Part shown: piece after piece, positions 38,760 through 47,934 of the stretch
How the letters are laid out: the number at the start of each line of letters is the position of its first letter
How positions within the stretch are numbered: the first letter of the stretch is position 1
NCBI GenBank assembly: GCA_964467655.1
Contig: CAYXSN010000004.1
Span: 19,906 to 83,905, forward strand
Reading direction: 5' to 3'
Length of the DNA stretch: 64,000 nt
Source of the DNA: an uncultured Candidatus Saccharimonadales bacterium
GTDB taxonomy: Bacteria; Patescibacteriota; Saccharimonadia; UBA4664
Made by a program: the position numbers and the translations under genes
Notes under the pieces: generated by a model
Database searches by the model: none
Seen by the model: the letters and a program-made list of their open reading frames with translations, nothing else
Told to the model about the DNA's origin: nothing

Positions 38760-39146
38760 ATGAGTAACGCTAAGATTAAGATTGCGATTATTGAAGACGA
38801 TGCTGCTATCGTTCAGATGTATCAGACTAAGTTTGAGAATGAAGGCTATGAAGTACAGACTGCCGGCGATGGCGTAGCCGGACTGCAGCTGCTGGCCGAT
38901 TTTTTGCCCGATGTCGTTTTGCTCGACCTGATGATGCCCAATATGAACGGCCTCGATATGTTGAGTAAGTTGCGCAATGCTCCGGGTGGCCGTGAAGTGC
39001 GAGTCATTGTGCTTACCAACATGGGCGACACTGAGACGGCAACGAAGGTGTATAAAATGGCGGCCGATGATTATATCGTCAAAGCCGAAATGACGCCGTC
39101 TGAAGTGCTGGGCCGTGTGAAGGAACTGTTGTCAAAGTCCCGGTAG
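38760..39146 (+). CDS. Single-domain response regulator
   Basis: IEDD, LLDLMMP, LTN, YIVK. Confidence 0.93.
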   Translation: MSNAKIKIAIIEDDAAIVQMYQTKFENEGYEVQTAGDGVAGLQLLADFLPDVVLLDLMMPNMNGLDMLSKLRNAPGGREVRVIVLTNMGDTETATKVYKMAADDYIVKAEMTPSEVLGRVKELLSKSR

Positions 39147-39204
39147 GAAGGTAGCCCGGGGTAGTCTCCAGATCTGGAAACGACCCCGGGCCGTTGATGC
39201 TCCG

Positions 39205-39879
39205 CTAGCGGAGCATGTCTTTGCGTTCGGCGCCTATACCGAACTGGCGCGAACTGAGTCGTGGCCGGGCGGGCACGCGGCACGTATCGCCGTCGACAGT
39301 GCCGCCCAATATGACTTGGCACTCCTCGGTCGTGACGTCCGAAGCCTTCACCAGCTTAGTGGTGTGATTGCTCACGGGCTCGCCGCGGACCGGGTCGACC
39401 AGCAGCTTGCTGACGCTGGGCGTCTCTCCCTCCAGACCCCTGAGATGGCAGAGCCTGGTGGCGTCAACGTTGGTCTGCTGCCGCTGGCTGAACGAGTAGC
39501 TCACCTGACCCAGGGGAGGTTCGATGATGCCGCGGGCCTGTGCCAGTTTCTGGCATTCGGCGGTAGTTACACCCGACGGCTTATCGTCGAAGTAACTACT
39601 CAACCAGAAGAGGTTACCCAGTAGCAAGACCACGATGGCAATGGCCGCAATGGCCGCAAAGGCAGCCCTCAGGAAGAGCAGCTCAATGAGCCAGGCCAAG
39701 CCCTTCAGTACCAGCCGCAGCAGTTTGAAGGGCGCCTTGATGAGCGCCAGGGGCAGCCGCCAGATGGCAAACCGAGCCAGACGGCCGAGCTGCTTGGCGA
39801 GGCTGAGCCACGCCAAGAACAGGAGGGCGAGGGCATAGTCCCGCGCGATCCTGAGATTACGCATGAACTTGCGCCACAT
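39205..39879 (-). CDS. Membrane hypothetical protein
   Basis: SD GGAGG, upstream TATAAT, downstream hairpin ~39153-39192. Confidence 0.7.
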   Translation of the reverse strand: MWRKFMRNLRIARDYALALLFLAWLSLAKQLGRLARFAIWRLPLALIKAPFKLLRLVLKGLAWLIELLFLRAAFAAIAAIAIVVLLLGNLFWLSSYFDDKPSGVTTAECQKLAQARGIIEPPLGQVSYSFSQRQQTNVDATRLCHLRGLEGETPSVSKLLVDPVRGEPVSNHTTKLVKASDVTTEECQVILGGTVDGDTCRVPARPRLSSRQFGIGAERKDMLR

Positions 39880-39958
39880 CTTGATGCCTCCTTGGACGAG
39901 GGTTGCGTGAAGGTGCCCAAATGAACTGATATATTATATCATAATTTATAAACTATGT

Positions 39959-40732
39959 CTACTTTTGTTGAGTTTGGGCGGCTATCAGGAGGTTATCGAA
40001 CAGGCAGGCTACCGTCATAGGGCCAACACCACCAGGGTTGGGGGTAAGTATCAGGTCCGGGCGGCTATACACCTCGGGCGCAAATTCGGGGGCTGGTGAG
40101 CCGGCATCAACGCCGACAGCACCGCTTTTGAGCATAGCGCTCTTGATGAGGTGCGCTTGGCCGGTAGCGCTCAGTACCATGTCGGCGTCATTGATGGCCG
40201 CAGCCAGGTCAGGCGTGTTGATGTCGCAACGGATAACGTGGTGGCCGGTGACTTCAAGCCTGTCAGCCAACGGTTTGCCGATGAGGCGGCCCTGGCCGAC
40301 CACGGCGATCTGCCCGCCGATCGTAACGTCATAGGCGGCCAGCAACCAGAGGACGGCCTTGGGCGTTGTGGCCTCAAACGGTGAATGAGGCCCGAGGCCA
40401 TCGACGTCTTTGGTCGGCGGGACAGCGGCTAGGGCCTGATCGGTGAGAGCGGCGTCAGGTAAGGGCAGCTGGACGATTATGCCTGTGACATCGGGATCGG
40501 CTCCCAGTTGTTTGATGCGCTCAAGCAGGTGCTCTGGTTTTTCACTATATATTGATACGGTCACCCCAATGGCCTGGCCGTAGGCGGCTTTGGCCTTCAA
40601 GTATTTCTCGGCGGCCACATTGTCGTCTGACTTAATAATGGCCAGGTGGGGCGGCCGGTCGAAAGAGGCAGCGAGAGCCTGATGGCGGGCTTGCAAAAAA
40701 AGGGCGATTTCACTGCCTTTGAGAATCTTCAT
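39959..40732 (-). CDS. folD: Methylene-THF dehydrogenase/cyclohydrolase
   Basis: GIIVQLPLP, KDVDG, PNPGGVGPMT. Confidence 0.95.
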   Translation of the reverse strand: MKILKGSEIALFLQARHQALAASFDRPPHLAIIKSDDNVAAEKYLKAKAAYGQAIGVTVSIYSEKPEHLLERIKQLGADPDVTGIIVQLPLPDAALTDQALAAVPPTKDVDGLGPHSPFEATTPKAVLWLLAAYDVTIGGQIAVVGQGRLIGKPLADRLEVTGHHVIRCDINTPDLAAAINDADMVLSATGQAHLIKSAMLKSGAVGVDAGSPAPEFAPEVYSRPDLILTPNPGGVGPMTVACLFDNLLIAAQTQQK

Positions 40733-40758
40733 AGCTGCAAGTAAGTATACCTCATAAT

Positions 40759-40796
40759 AAAAGAAAGACCCGCCACAGGCGATGCCAGCAGCGGGT
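40759..40796 (-). terminator. Intrinsic terminator closing the candidate ncRNA
   Basis: acccgcugc/guggcgggu (G-U pairs only on minus) followed by cuuucuuuu. Confidence 0.8.
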
Positions 40797-41360
40797 GCAA
40801 GTTTGGGGCTGACCCCCGGGTGTCGCATGAGAACTCCGAAGGGGAGCCCGTCTCATACGATCGACCCGGGGGTCAGCTTTTTCCTCCTGATACAGCGGAG
40901 ATTGATCACGCTGGATCAGAAGTGGAGTACCCTGCGGCGATAGTGACTCATCAAAATCGACGCAGGGTAGCAATAGGTGGCCACCCGACCGTATCAGTCG
41001 CGCGCGTCCCAAGATCGGCACAAGGGAGCGCAGCGGTACTGACAGGGAATCGGCCGGGTGGCCAGGAGGTTCAGACGAACTCGAGATCTGCGCGAACGGG
41101 TTACCGTTCCACGAGTTGGAGGTTATACTCCTCCCGGCCCGCTACAGCAGCATACCTTGAGGTTGTCTGAACAGAACTCTGAACAGAACTTGTTGTTAAC
41201 TATGCCCCGTGGAGCGACCGTTGGTGCCATTTGGCACACACTTTCTACACGGTCTTGGGGCATTAGCAGCAGCCGACTTAATGCCCTTACGGGGATCTGT
41301 CAGTTACCTGACAAATCTTGTCGACTGCCACGACCTAGCGGAGCTTTCCGCATCGGTTGT
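40759..41360 (-). ncRNA. Candidate ~600 nt highly structured non-coding RNA, family not recognised
   Basis: Eight consecutive stem-loop domains, cUUCGg and two GUAA tetraloops on minus, own promoter and terminator, no credible ORF. Confidence 0.7.
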
Positions 41361-41365
41361 CATGC

Positions 41366-41394
41366 ATTATTGCACTGTTTGACAAAATTGTCAA
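41366..41394 (-). promoter_or_regulatory. Sigma70-type promoter for the ncRNA
   Basis: TTGACA-17-AATAAT with extended TG; overlaps the palindrome TTGACAaaatTGTCAA. Confidence 0.65.
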
Positions 41395-41499
41395 TAGCTA
41401 TGTGTAGATTGTAGTCACTCATTGCACCGAACAGGCAGCCCGGCGTATAATCATAAGCGTAATAAGGTGAGCCTGGAAAGGCCGATAACAACAATCATT

Positions 41500-42807
41500 A
41501 TGGATACTCTTACTCAAACGGCGTTCGGTCGGGCCCTGATCGGCGACTCTTTGATGTTCCATCTCTTATTTATTACTTTCGGTGTGGGTATGCCACTGCT
41601 GATTGGCCTGCTTGAATATATGGCAATCAGGACCGGTGACAATAAATGGCGGCAGACAGCCAGGGCTTGGTCGAAGGTGTTTGTGCTGTTGTTTATAACT
41701 GGAGCTATTTCGGGCACCATGATTGCGGTGCAATTGGGTATGGTATGGTCGAGATTTATGGCCATCGCCGGTCCAGTGATGGGTTTTGCGTTCTTTAGCG
41801 AAGGCTTGGCCTTCTACGTGGAGGCGGCTTTCTTGGGCTTGTACATGCTCACATGGGACCGACTGAAAGGCTGGGCCCATTTGGGGCTCCTGATACCCGT
41901 GGGCATTGCGGCTTCGCTCTCGGCGTTCCTCATTACTAGCGTGAACGCCTGGATGAACGCACCACAGGGTTTCAGACTCCAAAACGGCCTACCGGTGGAT
42001 GTGGAGCCTCTGCGGGCCATGTTTAACCCGGCTCTGTTTACCACCTACACTCATTCATTGGTGGGCTACTTTTTGACAGCTGCGGCGGCTGGGGCGGCCT
42101 ACTATGCCTGGCGCTGGTTGAAACGCCCGGCCGCCCGGACGCCTCATGACGCCCAAGTGATAGGCCTCATGCTGGGCGTGATGTTGGTGATGGCTGGCCT
42201 GATGGGCCTCACTGGCGATGCCTCAGCTAAGTACCTGGCCGAGTACGAGCCAGCCAAACTGGCGGCAGCCGAAGCCTTGTTTACCACCACCGCTGGAGCA
42301 CCCCTGACTGTCGGCGGCGTGCTGGTGGACGGTGTGTGGCATGGAACGATTGCTATCCCCAATTTGCTGAGCTGGCTGGCCACCGGCAATACTAACGCCA
42401 CCATTACCGGCCTCGACCAAATTCCCCGATCAGATTGGCCGCCGCTACAAATCCACTATTTCTTTGATGGCATGGTCGCCATTGGCTTTGCGCTCCTGGG
42501 TCTGGTGGCCTTGTATTGGTTACTCTACTGGAAGCGCCGCAAACTGACGACCAGTCGGCCGTTGTTGTGGGCCCTGGTGGCAGCGGCACCGTTGTCCATG
42601 GTGGCTCTGCAACTTGGCTGGCTAGTGACCGAAATCGGTCGGCAGCCCTACACAATCGCCGGCCTCCTATTGACCCGTGACTCGATTACCGCCTCCCAGG
42701 ATGTAGTACGGGCTGCTGTAATTTTCCCCGTGTTGTACATTCTCATGCTCATAGTTACTATTTGGGTCCTGGTGCGCTGGCACCAGGGGAAGGAGCACAT
42801 ATCATGA
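41500..42807 (+). CDS. cydA: Cytochrome bd ubiquinol oxidase subunit I
   Basis: FHLLF, EAAFLG, NAWMNAP, PAKLAAAE, GWLVTEIGRQPY; promoter TTGCAC-18-TATAAT at 41422-41451. Confidence 0.95.
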   Translation: MDTLTQTAFGRALIGDSLMFHLLFITFGVGMPLLIGLLEYMAIRTGDNKWRQTARAWSKVFVLLFITGAISGTMIAVQLGMVWSRFMAIAGPVMGFAFFSEGLAFYVEAAFLGLYMLTWDRLKGWAHLGLLIPVGIAASLSAFLITSVNAWMNAPQGFRLQNGLPVDVEPLRAMFNPALFTTYTHSLVGYFLTAAAAGAAYYAWRWLKRPAARTPHDAQVIGLMLGVMLVMAGLMGLTGDASAKYLAEYEPAKLAAAEALFTTTAGAPLTVGGVLVDGVWHGTIAIPNLLSWLATGNTNATITGLDQIPRSDWPPLQIHYFFDGMVAIGFALLGLVALYWLLYWKRRKLTTSRPLLWALVAAAPLSMVALQLGWLVTEIGRQPYTIAGLLLTRDSITASQDVVRAAVIFPVLYILMLIVTIWVLVRWHQGKEHIS

Positions 42808-43739
42808 CTGGCGATTACCAAACAGCGGCTATAGCCATGGCGGCAATTCCTTTGGCCTTTGCCATCTTGTACGGCATCTTTGGCGGTATTGAATTTGGGT
42901 TGCCACTCGCGGCGTTACTTCACGACAAAGAGGGCTCAGATAAAGCGTGGCGGTACTTCTCTCCTATCTGGGAGAGTACCAATGTTTTCCTGGTAGGCGT
43001 GGTGGCGGCCGTGATGACCATTTTTGGCTCCGGGCTGCCTCTCTTGAGTGCTTTGTTGCAACCTTTGTGGCTAGTGGCCGCCGGTGCTCTGGCGGTGCGC
43101 GGAGTGTTAATCGTCGGTATCTATTATGGTGGCTGGCGCAACTGGGCAGTCCAGGTACTGTTGGCTGTCGTCAGCTTGGCGATACCGGCGGTGCTGGTAC
43201 AAAACTGTACCATATTGCTGACTGGTGATGCCGACCTGCTCAACCACCTAGGCCTTGTGGTGGCCTTAGGCACACTGGCTGTCAGTTTGGCCGTGGCGCT
43301 ATGGGCCGGCTACTTTTATGAGCCCGGTAAGCCCAGCCGCGATCTGGCCCGCTTAGGTTTCTGGTTGGCCCTCATGTTGTCCTGGTTTACCCTGCCCCTG
43401 GCGTTGGCGCTTGACGGGAGCGTGTTGTCTGATGGCCGCAACGTGCTGTCGGTAATGTGGCCGGTATACGGCCTGAGCCTGGTCGCTATATTAGCACTGG
43501 CCAGCGAGTGGCGGCGACGATACTGGGTAGCCAGTGCCTTGTTGACGGCCAGCGTGAGCATCACGTTATTTGTCGCCCAAATGCCCTATCTCATTCGACC
43601 GACAGTCTTGCTGGCCGACATGATGACGAATGGTTTCTCGCAAGTGTGGATTGCGGCTGCCTTTGGGGTGGCCGTGTTCGTGGTGGTGCCGGTGCTTTGG
43701 GTGACCCACCGGCTGGTGGGATCGAGCCTGAAGCGCTAG
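42804..43739 (+). CDS. cydB: Cytochrome bd ubiquinol oxidase subunit II
   Basis: GGIEFG, SPIWESTNVFL, PYLIRP; ATGA overlap with cydA. Confidence 0.9.
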   Translation: MTGDYQTAAIAMAAIPLAFAILYGIFGGIEFGLPLAALLHDKEGSDKAWRYFSPIWESTNVFLVGVVAAVMTIFGSGLPLLSALLQPLWLVAAGALAVRGVLIVGIYYGGWRNWAVQVLLAVVSLAIPAVLVQNCTILLTGDADLLNHLGLVVALGTLAVSLAVALWAGYFYEPGKPSRDLARLGFWLALMLSWFTLPLALALDGSVLSDGRNVLSVMWPVYGLSLVAILALASEWRRRYWVASALLTASVSITLFVAQMPYLIRPTVLLADMMTNGFSQVWIAAAFGVAVFVVVPVLWVTHRLVGSSLKR

Positions 43740-43759
43740 AGCGAGAGCTGGCGTATGGG

Positions 43760-44620
43760 TTAAAGCGCCTGGAGCAATTTGATGGCGGTTTGAGCCTGCA
43801 GCGTTTGTTCGTCGACATCACCATGGACTTTGTTGATGTGCCAGGCGAGCTGAGCCAGTATCTTGTGGACAGCGTAAATATAAATGGCTGGTTTGGTGGA
43901 CACGGCCAGCAACTGCTGCATAACGATGTCGGCGATTTCAGGCGTGCCCACGACAGAGTACCACAGACCTACCAGATCAATCGCCCTGTCGCCGTAGCCG
44001 GCTTGGTCCCAGTCGAGTACACCTGAAACCTGGTCATTTGTGAAGAAGATCTGGCTGATGTTGAAATTGCCATGGACCAGATCGGTTTTGGGTAACACGG
44101 TGCCCTGCAAGCCGGCAACCAGGCCTTCGGCGGCAGTTACTATCGCTGACGTAGCGGGCGAGAACTGCATGAGAGCCCTTACGTTCCCCGATTCACCCCT
44201 GAAGACCACGTCTGAGATATACCAGACCCAATCCTGACCCTGGACTTCAGATATCACCTGGCCGCCTTGGATTTCAACGAGTTGGAGGATATTTTTGATT
44301 TGGTCGGCGGTGGGCGCACCAATGACGGGGCCGCCGACGAGCTCAGTTTCCAGCCAGAATGAACCTGAGTCTGAGGCACCAATGTACGTGTAGGTGGGCA
44401 CCGGATACCCGAGCGGCCGCAAATGGTCTGTGGCTGCCCGCCCCCTTTTGACCTGGTCGGCCCAGCGTGGGTTATTACTGAGCTTGAGGATGGCGTTTTG
44501 ACCTGTGGCATCAACTACCCGATAGGCGCCCTGGTCTTCGCCGCCGGCCAAGCGACCCACCAGCGAGTATTTCACCGGCTGGTCGGCGTTGATGAGATCA
44601 ATGGCTGCTTCGGGACCCAT
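43760..44620 (-). CDS. Aminoglycoside-phosphotransferase/choline-kinase-fold protein
   Basis: ILK, PVP, LVHGNFN...LDWD. Confidence 0.8.
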   Translation of the reverse strand: MGPEAAIDLINADQPVKYSLVGRLAGGEDQGAYRVVDATGQNAILKLSNNPRWADQVKRGRAATDHLRPLGYPVPTYTYIGASDSGSFWLETELVGGPVIGAPTADQIKNILQLVEIQGGQVISEVQGQDWVWYISDVVFRGESGNVRALMQFSPATSAIVTAAEGLVAGLQGTVLPKTDLVHGNFNISQIFFTNDQVSGVLDWDQAGYGDRAIDLVGLWYSVVGTPEIADIVMQQLLAVSTKPAIYIYAVHKILAQLAWHINKVHGDVDEQTLQAQTAIKLLQAL

Positions 44621-44656
44621 ATGAGATTAGTGTAGCATAAGCTTATTGTGGGAGCC

Positions 44657-45775
44657 CTAGAGCTCACTGCCAACGGCTTCACCGATGGTGCCGTAGCCAT
44701 CTTGGTCGAGCAACTTGACCAGACCGTTATTGATCTGGCCGACTACTTGGGGTCCTTGATAGATCAACCCCGTGATCATTTCAACCAGGTTGGCACCCAG
44801 CTTGATCTTCTGGTAGGCATCGGCGGCCGAGAACACCCCACCGACACCAATGATGACAAACCGGTCTTCAAAATGGCGGCGCGTTTGGGCAATGAGCCGG
44901 TTGGAGCGCTCAAAAGTAGGCCGGCCACTGAGTTTGCCCTTGACGTGTTCAGGCAGGTGGGATTTGAGTTTGACCTGGTTGCGGTACGCAAGGTTGGCAA
45001 TGGTCAGGGCCGCCACTTCATGCTTGGCCGCCACTTCGGCCAATGCCCTAAACTTGGGCCAATCGAGGTGGTTGGGCATTTTGATACACAGCGGCAGTTG
45101 CAACTTGAGCTCGTCGGTGGCCGCCAGCAGGGCCTCGAGCAATTCCGGCGTGGTAAAAGGCTGGCCGCCATAGGTGTTGGGGCAGGAGATATTGAGGGTG
45201 ACGAGCTGGCCAACCCCTGACTCCTGAATCAGCTTGAGGCTACCAATGTAGTCGGCCACGGCGGTTTCGGTAGTGCAGGCCTCAGGTGAGTTGGTTTTGG
45301 CAACCGAAATGTTGAGCGGGAAATCGGCTGGCAGGTGCTGGGACTGCAGGCGGGCGATTACGCGACGAGCACCATGATTGGCCAGACCGGCGTTGACTAC
45401 CAAGCTGTGGTCAGCAGGCAAACGGTAGAACCACGGCTTGGGGTTGCCGCGGCAGACTTCGTAGGTAATGGAGCCGCCTTCCATGAAGCCGAAACCGACC
45501 GCGTGCATCAACCTGACCAGTTCAAAGTTTTTGTCGAGACCGGCGGATAGTCCGAGGGGATTGGCGAAATGGAGGCCGAGGACATTTTGACTGAGCCGTG
45601 GGTCATGATAAGCCCACGAAGCTGTCATCAGCGCCCTTAAGGGAGCGATTTTTTGGACCTGGCGGCCACTCGCCACCATGTGGTGGTGGGCCCTGTCGGG
45701 TGTCAGTCGAAAGAGCAGTGGTTTGGCGAGGTACCGGTAACCTTTGGTGGTCAGAGTGGCGAGAACGGCCTTCAT
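44657..45775 (-). CDS. pyrD: Quinone-dependent dihydroorotate dehydrogenase
   Basis: NPLGLSAGLDKN, GNPKP, NISCPN, GVGGV. Confidence 0.93.
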   Translation of the reverse strand: MKAVLATLTTKGYRYLAKPLLFRLTPDRAHHHMVASGRQVQKIAPLRALMTASWAYHDPRLSQNVLGLHFANPLGLSAGLDKNFELVRLMHAVGFGFMEGGSITYEVCRGNPKPWFYRLPADHSLVVNAGLANHGARRVIARLQSQHLPADFPLNISVAKTNSPEACTTETAVADYIGSLKLIQESGVGQLVTLNISCPNTYGGQPFTTPELLEALLAATDELKLQLPLCIKMPNHLDWPKFRALAEVAAKHEVAALTIANLAYRNQVKLKSHLPEHVKGKLSGRPTFERSNRLIAQTRRHFEDRFVIIGVGGVFSAADAYQKIKLGANLVEMITGLIYQGPQVVGQINNGLVKLLDQDGYGTIGEAVGSEL

Positions 45776-46485
45776 TCTTTCATTATACGCTCGGCAGCCA
45801 CAATCACTCTTTGGGTGAATGTGCCTTTGCTTTCGTCGAAGGTGCCGGCGCAGGTAATCAGGTTGAGTTGGGAGGTAACATTGGGTAGCTTGTCGTATAA
45901 ATGTTTGGTGGCTTCGGCGAGTACGTAGGTGGTCGTAGTTTTGACCTTAAATTGCCGCCGGCTGCCGTCGCCATATTCAATCGCAAACTCTTGGCCCGGC
46001 ACAGCGTCAGCTAAATGGGCGAAAATTCCTGGGCCATAGGCGCCTTGCAGGTGGCCGTCAAGCACTGCCACACCTTCTTCGCCGGGCCGCGGACCATCAA
46101 CGTACCAACCGGCCAAGTAAATATTGGTGGGCACTGCCATGGAGCCATCGGGCAGTCGACCGACTTTCTGGATGAAACCTTTGGCGTGAATGTTGGGCAT
46201 GTCTAATAGTCTTGGTTGGTCGGCTGGCACTGTGTACGCGACATCAGGCTTGATCGGGGTCTCATCGGGGCGGCCTATGGGTTGGGTAACGGTTTGGGCG
46301 GTGGCAGGTAAGACGTGAGCAATAGGAGTGTGAGTGACCCGGTAGCGCGTCCACCAACCCCACGTCGCGTACAAGCCAAGCAGCGCACCGACGGCTAATA
46401 TTGCCAAGCTGACGCGCTGACGACTGCCCACGGCTACACCGCGCTGGCGCTGATATCTAAAGTTGGGCGACTTAAAGCTTTTCAC
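45772..46485 (-). CDS. Class F sortase
   Basis: GWYVDGPRPG, DGH, LITC, conserved R; start approximate. Confidence 0.88.
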   Translation of the reverse strand: MKSFKSPNFRYQRQRGVAVGSRQRVSLAILAVGALLGLYATWGWWTRYRVTHTPIAHVLPATAQTVTQPIGRPDETPIKPDVAYTVPADQPRLLDMPNIHAKGFIQKVGRLPDGSMAVPTNIYLAGWYVDGPRPGEEGVAVLDGHLQGAYGPGIFAHLADAVPGQEFAIEYGDGSRRQFKVKTTTTYVLAEATKHLYDKLPNVTSQLNLITCAGTFDESKGTFTQRVIVAAERIMKE

Positions 46486-47860
46486 TCGGACGGCGGAACC
46501 GGTTGGCCAGAACAAAGAGCAAGCCGCTCACCACAGCCGCCAGGGTGAAGCCAAGCATTGGTTGACCAGGAAGGCCGGTGCCGGGCGCGCTGGCGCCGAG
46601 GACGCCAGAGAGGTCGATGGCAACCGTGTCTGAGTCCGTGGGGTCAGCATTGGCATTATCGGCGACCGAGACACTGGCGGTGGTGGTGAGGCTTGAAGCC
46701 GCCGCTTTAGACACTTTGGCGAGCACCGTGACGACCGGCGAGCTGGTGCCGGCGGCTAAGACGTCGCCGCGCTGGCAGGACACGGTCTGGGCGTTGACCG
46801 TGCAGGTCCAGCCGTCGCCGGCTGCCGACTGTGGGACGAGGCCTTCGGGCAGTGCCTGAGTCAGACTGTAGCCGGCTTGAGTGTTCTCGGCGTCAGCAGC
46901 ATTGGTGGCGCGAAGTGTAAACTGGCCATTGCCGCCGGCGTTCAACGTACCGTTGTGGGCAATGTCAACCGAGACGTTTGGTTGGTTGGTGTTGATAACG
47001 AGACCCTTGATCTCGTGAGTGTTGGTCTGGTCGCCGGTGGAGGCCGCAAAGCCAAATTTGAAGCTGGCAGGCAGTGTGCCGGCACCGTTGATGGTTGTCA
47101 GGTTGATGTTCGACAATTCAGTGACGTAACCGCTGCCATAGTTGACGGCCACTGTCATGATGTTGCCGGTGCTGATGCTGATGCGCACCTGGCGTTTGGC
47201 GCTGCTGCGGTCGGCAGCCATGAGCGGGCCGGTGGCCACTTTGCCCGTGACATACTGGTAACCTGTGGCTTCTGAGCCTCGGATGACGACACTGTTGGGT
47301 GTGCGGCCGATGCCACCGGTGCCATGGTCATTGCCCGAGAAGTTACCAAAGCTATCAAAACCGACCCCCACGTAGCCACCTTCGATGCCCGGGTCAGCCG
47401 AATCGCTGGAGTAACCAAGCGAGCCACCAAAAGCACCTGGGGCGCTTGGGTTGGCTGATCCGTCAATGAGGAAGAACGCCACGCCATCGGCACCGTTACC
47501 ACCATACTGATACATGTCGAAGTTAATGCTTAAGCCCTGTCCTGAAGGAATGGCTGTGTTGTAAATGGCGTAGCCCGAGCGGAACTGGGCGGTAGGCGTG
47601 AGGCGCAAGTACCCTTGACCATCGGCGTCGAGAGGTCCGCCAGCGCAGGCTGGTACTGATCCGGCCGCGGCGGACGGTGCAGCCGTCAAACAGGCCTCGG
47701 ATCCGCCTCCGCCACCGCTGAGCCAGGCGCCCGCCGGTGTACTCGTTCCGGTAAACGTTTCTCCGGCCAATGGCGCGGCTAGAGCTGAACTACTTAGCAC
47801 CGGCAAAGCTGCCACGAGTGTGGCTGCCACGGCCTTGCGGATTGGTTTTGCAAACAGCAT
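46472..47860 (-). CDS. Surface protein: legume-lectin-like domain, DUF11-like domain, sortase signal
   Basis: Signal peptide, GADGVAFF, GVGFDSF, GFAASTG, then APGTG, TM and RFRR. Confidence 0.85.
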   Translation of the reverse strand: MLFAKPIRKAVAATLVAALPVLSSSALAAPLAGETFTGTSTPAGAWLSGGGGGSEACLTAAPSAAAGSVPACAGGPLDADGQGYLRLTPTAQFRSGYAIYNTAIPSGQGLSINFDMYQYGGNGADGVAFFLIDGSANPSAPGAFGGSLGYSSDSADPGIEGGYVGVGFDSFGNFSGNDHGTGGIGRTPNSVVIRGSEATGYQYVTGKVATGPLMAADRSSAKRQVRISISTGNIMTVAVNYGSGYVTELSNINLTTINGAGTLPASFKFGFAASTGDQTNTHEIKGLVINTNQPNVSVDIAHNGTLNAGGNGQFTLRATNAADAENTQAGYSLTQALPEGLVPQSAAGDGWTCTVNAQTVSCQRGDVLAAGTSSPVVTVLAKVSKAAASSLTTTASVSVADNANADPTDSDTVAIDLSGVLGASAPGTGLPGQPMLGFTLAAVVSGLLFVLANRFRRPSEKL

Positions 47861-47934
47861 ACTTCGAACCTCCCTCACGTTGTCTCTCCCATTACAGCAT
47901 AAAGGCTTTCTCCGGGCAAGGCGGGCGGACCCTG

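Noticed and set aside
40759-41360. RNase P, tmRNA, group II intron, or ZTP/THF riboswitch upstream of folD
   Set aside because: No GAGGAAAGUCC or matching P4, no tRNA-like ends or CCA, no domain V, and no riboswitch consensus recognised; the element is also much longer than those aptamers.
40752-41414. ORFs 40752-41021, 40820-41170 and 41058-41414 as proteins
   Set aside because: No recognisable motifs; better explained as chance frames in structured RNA.
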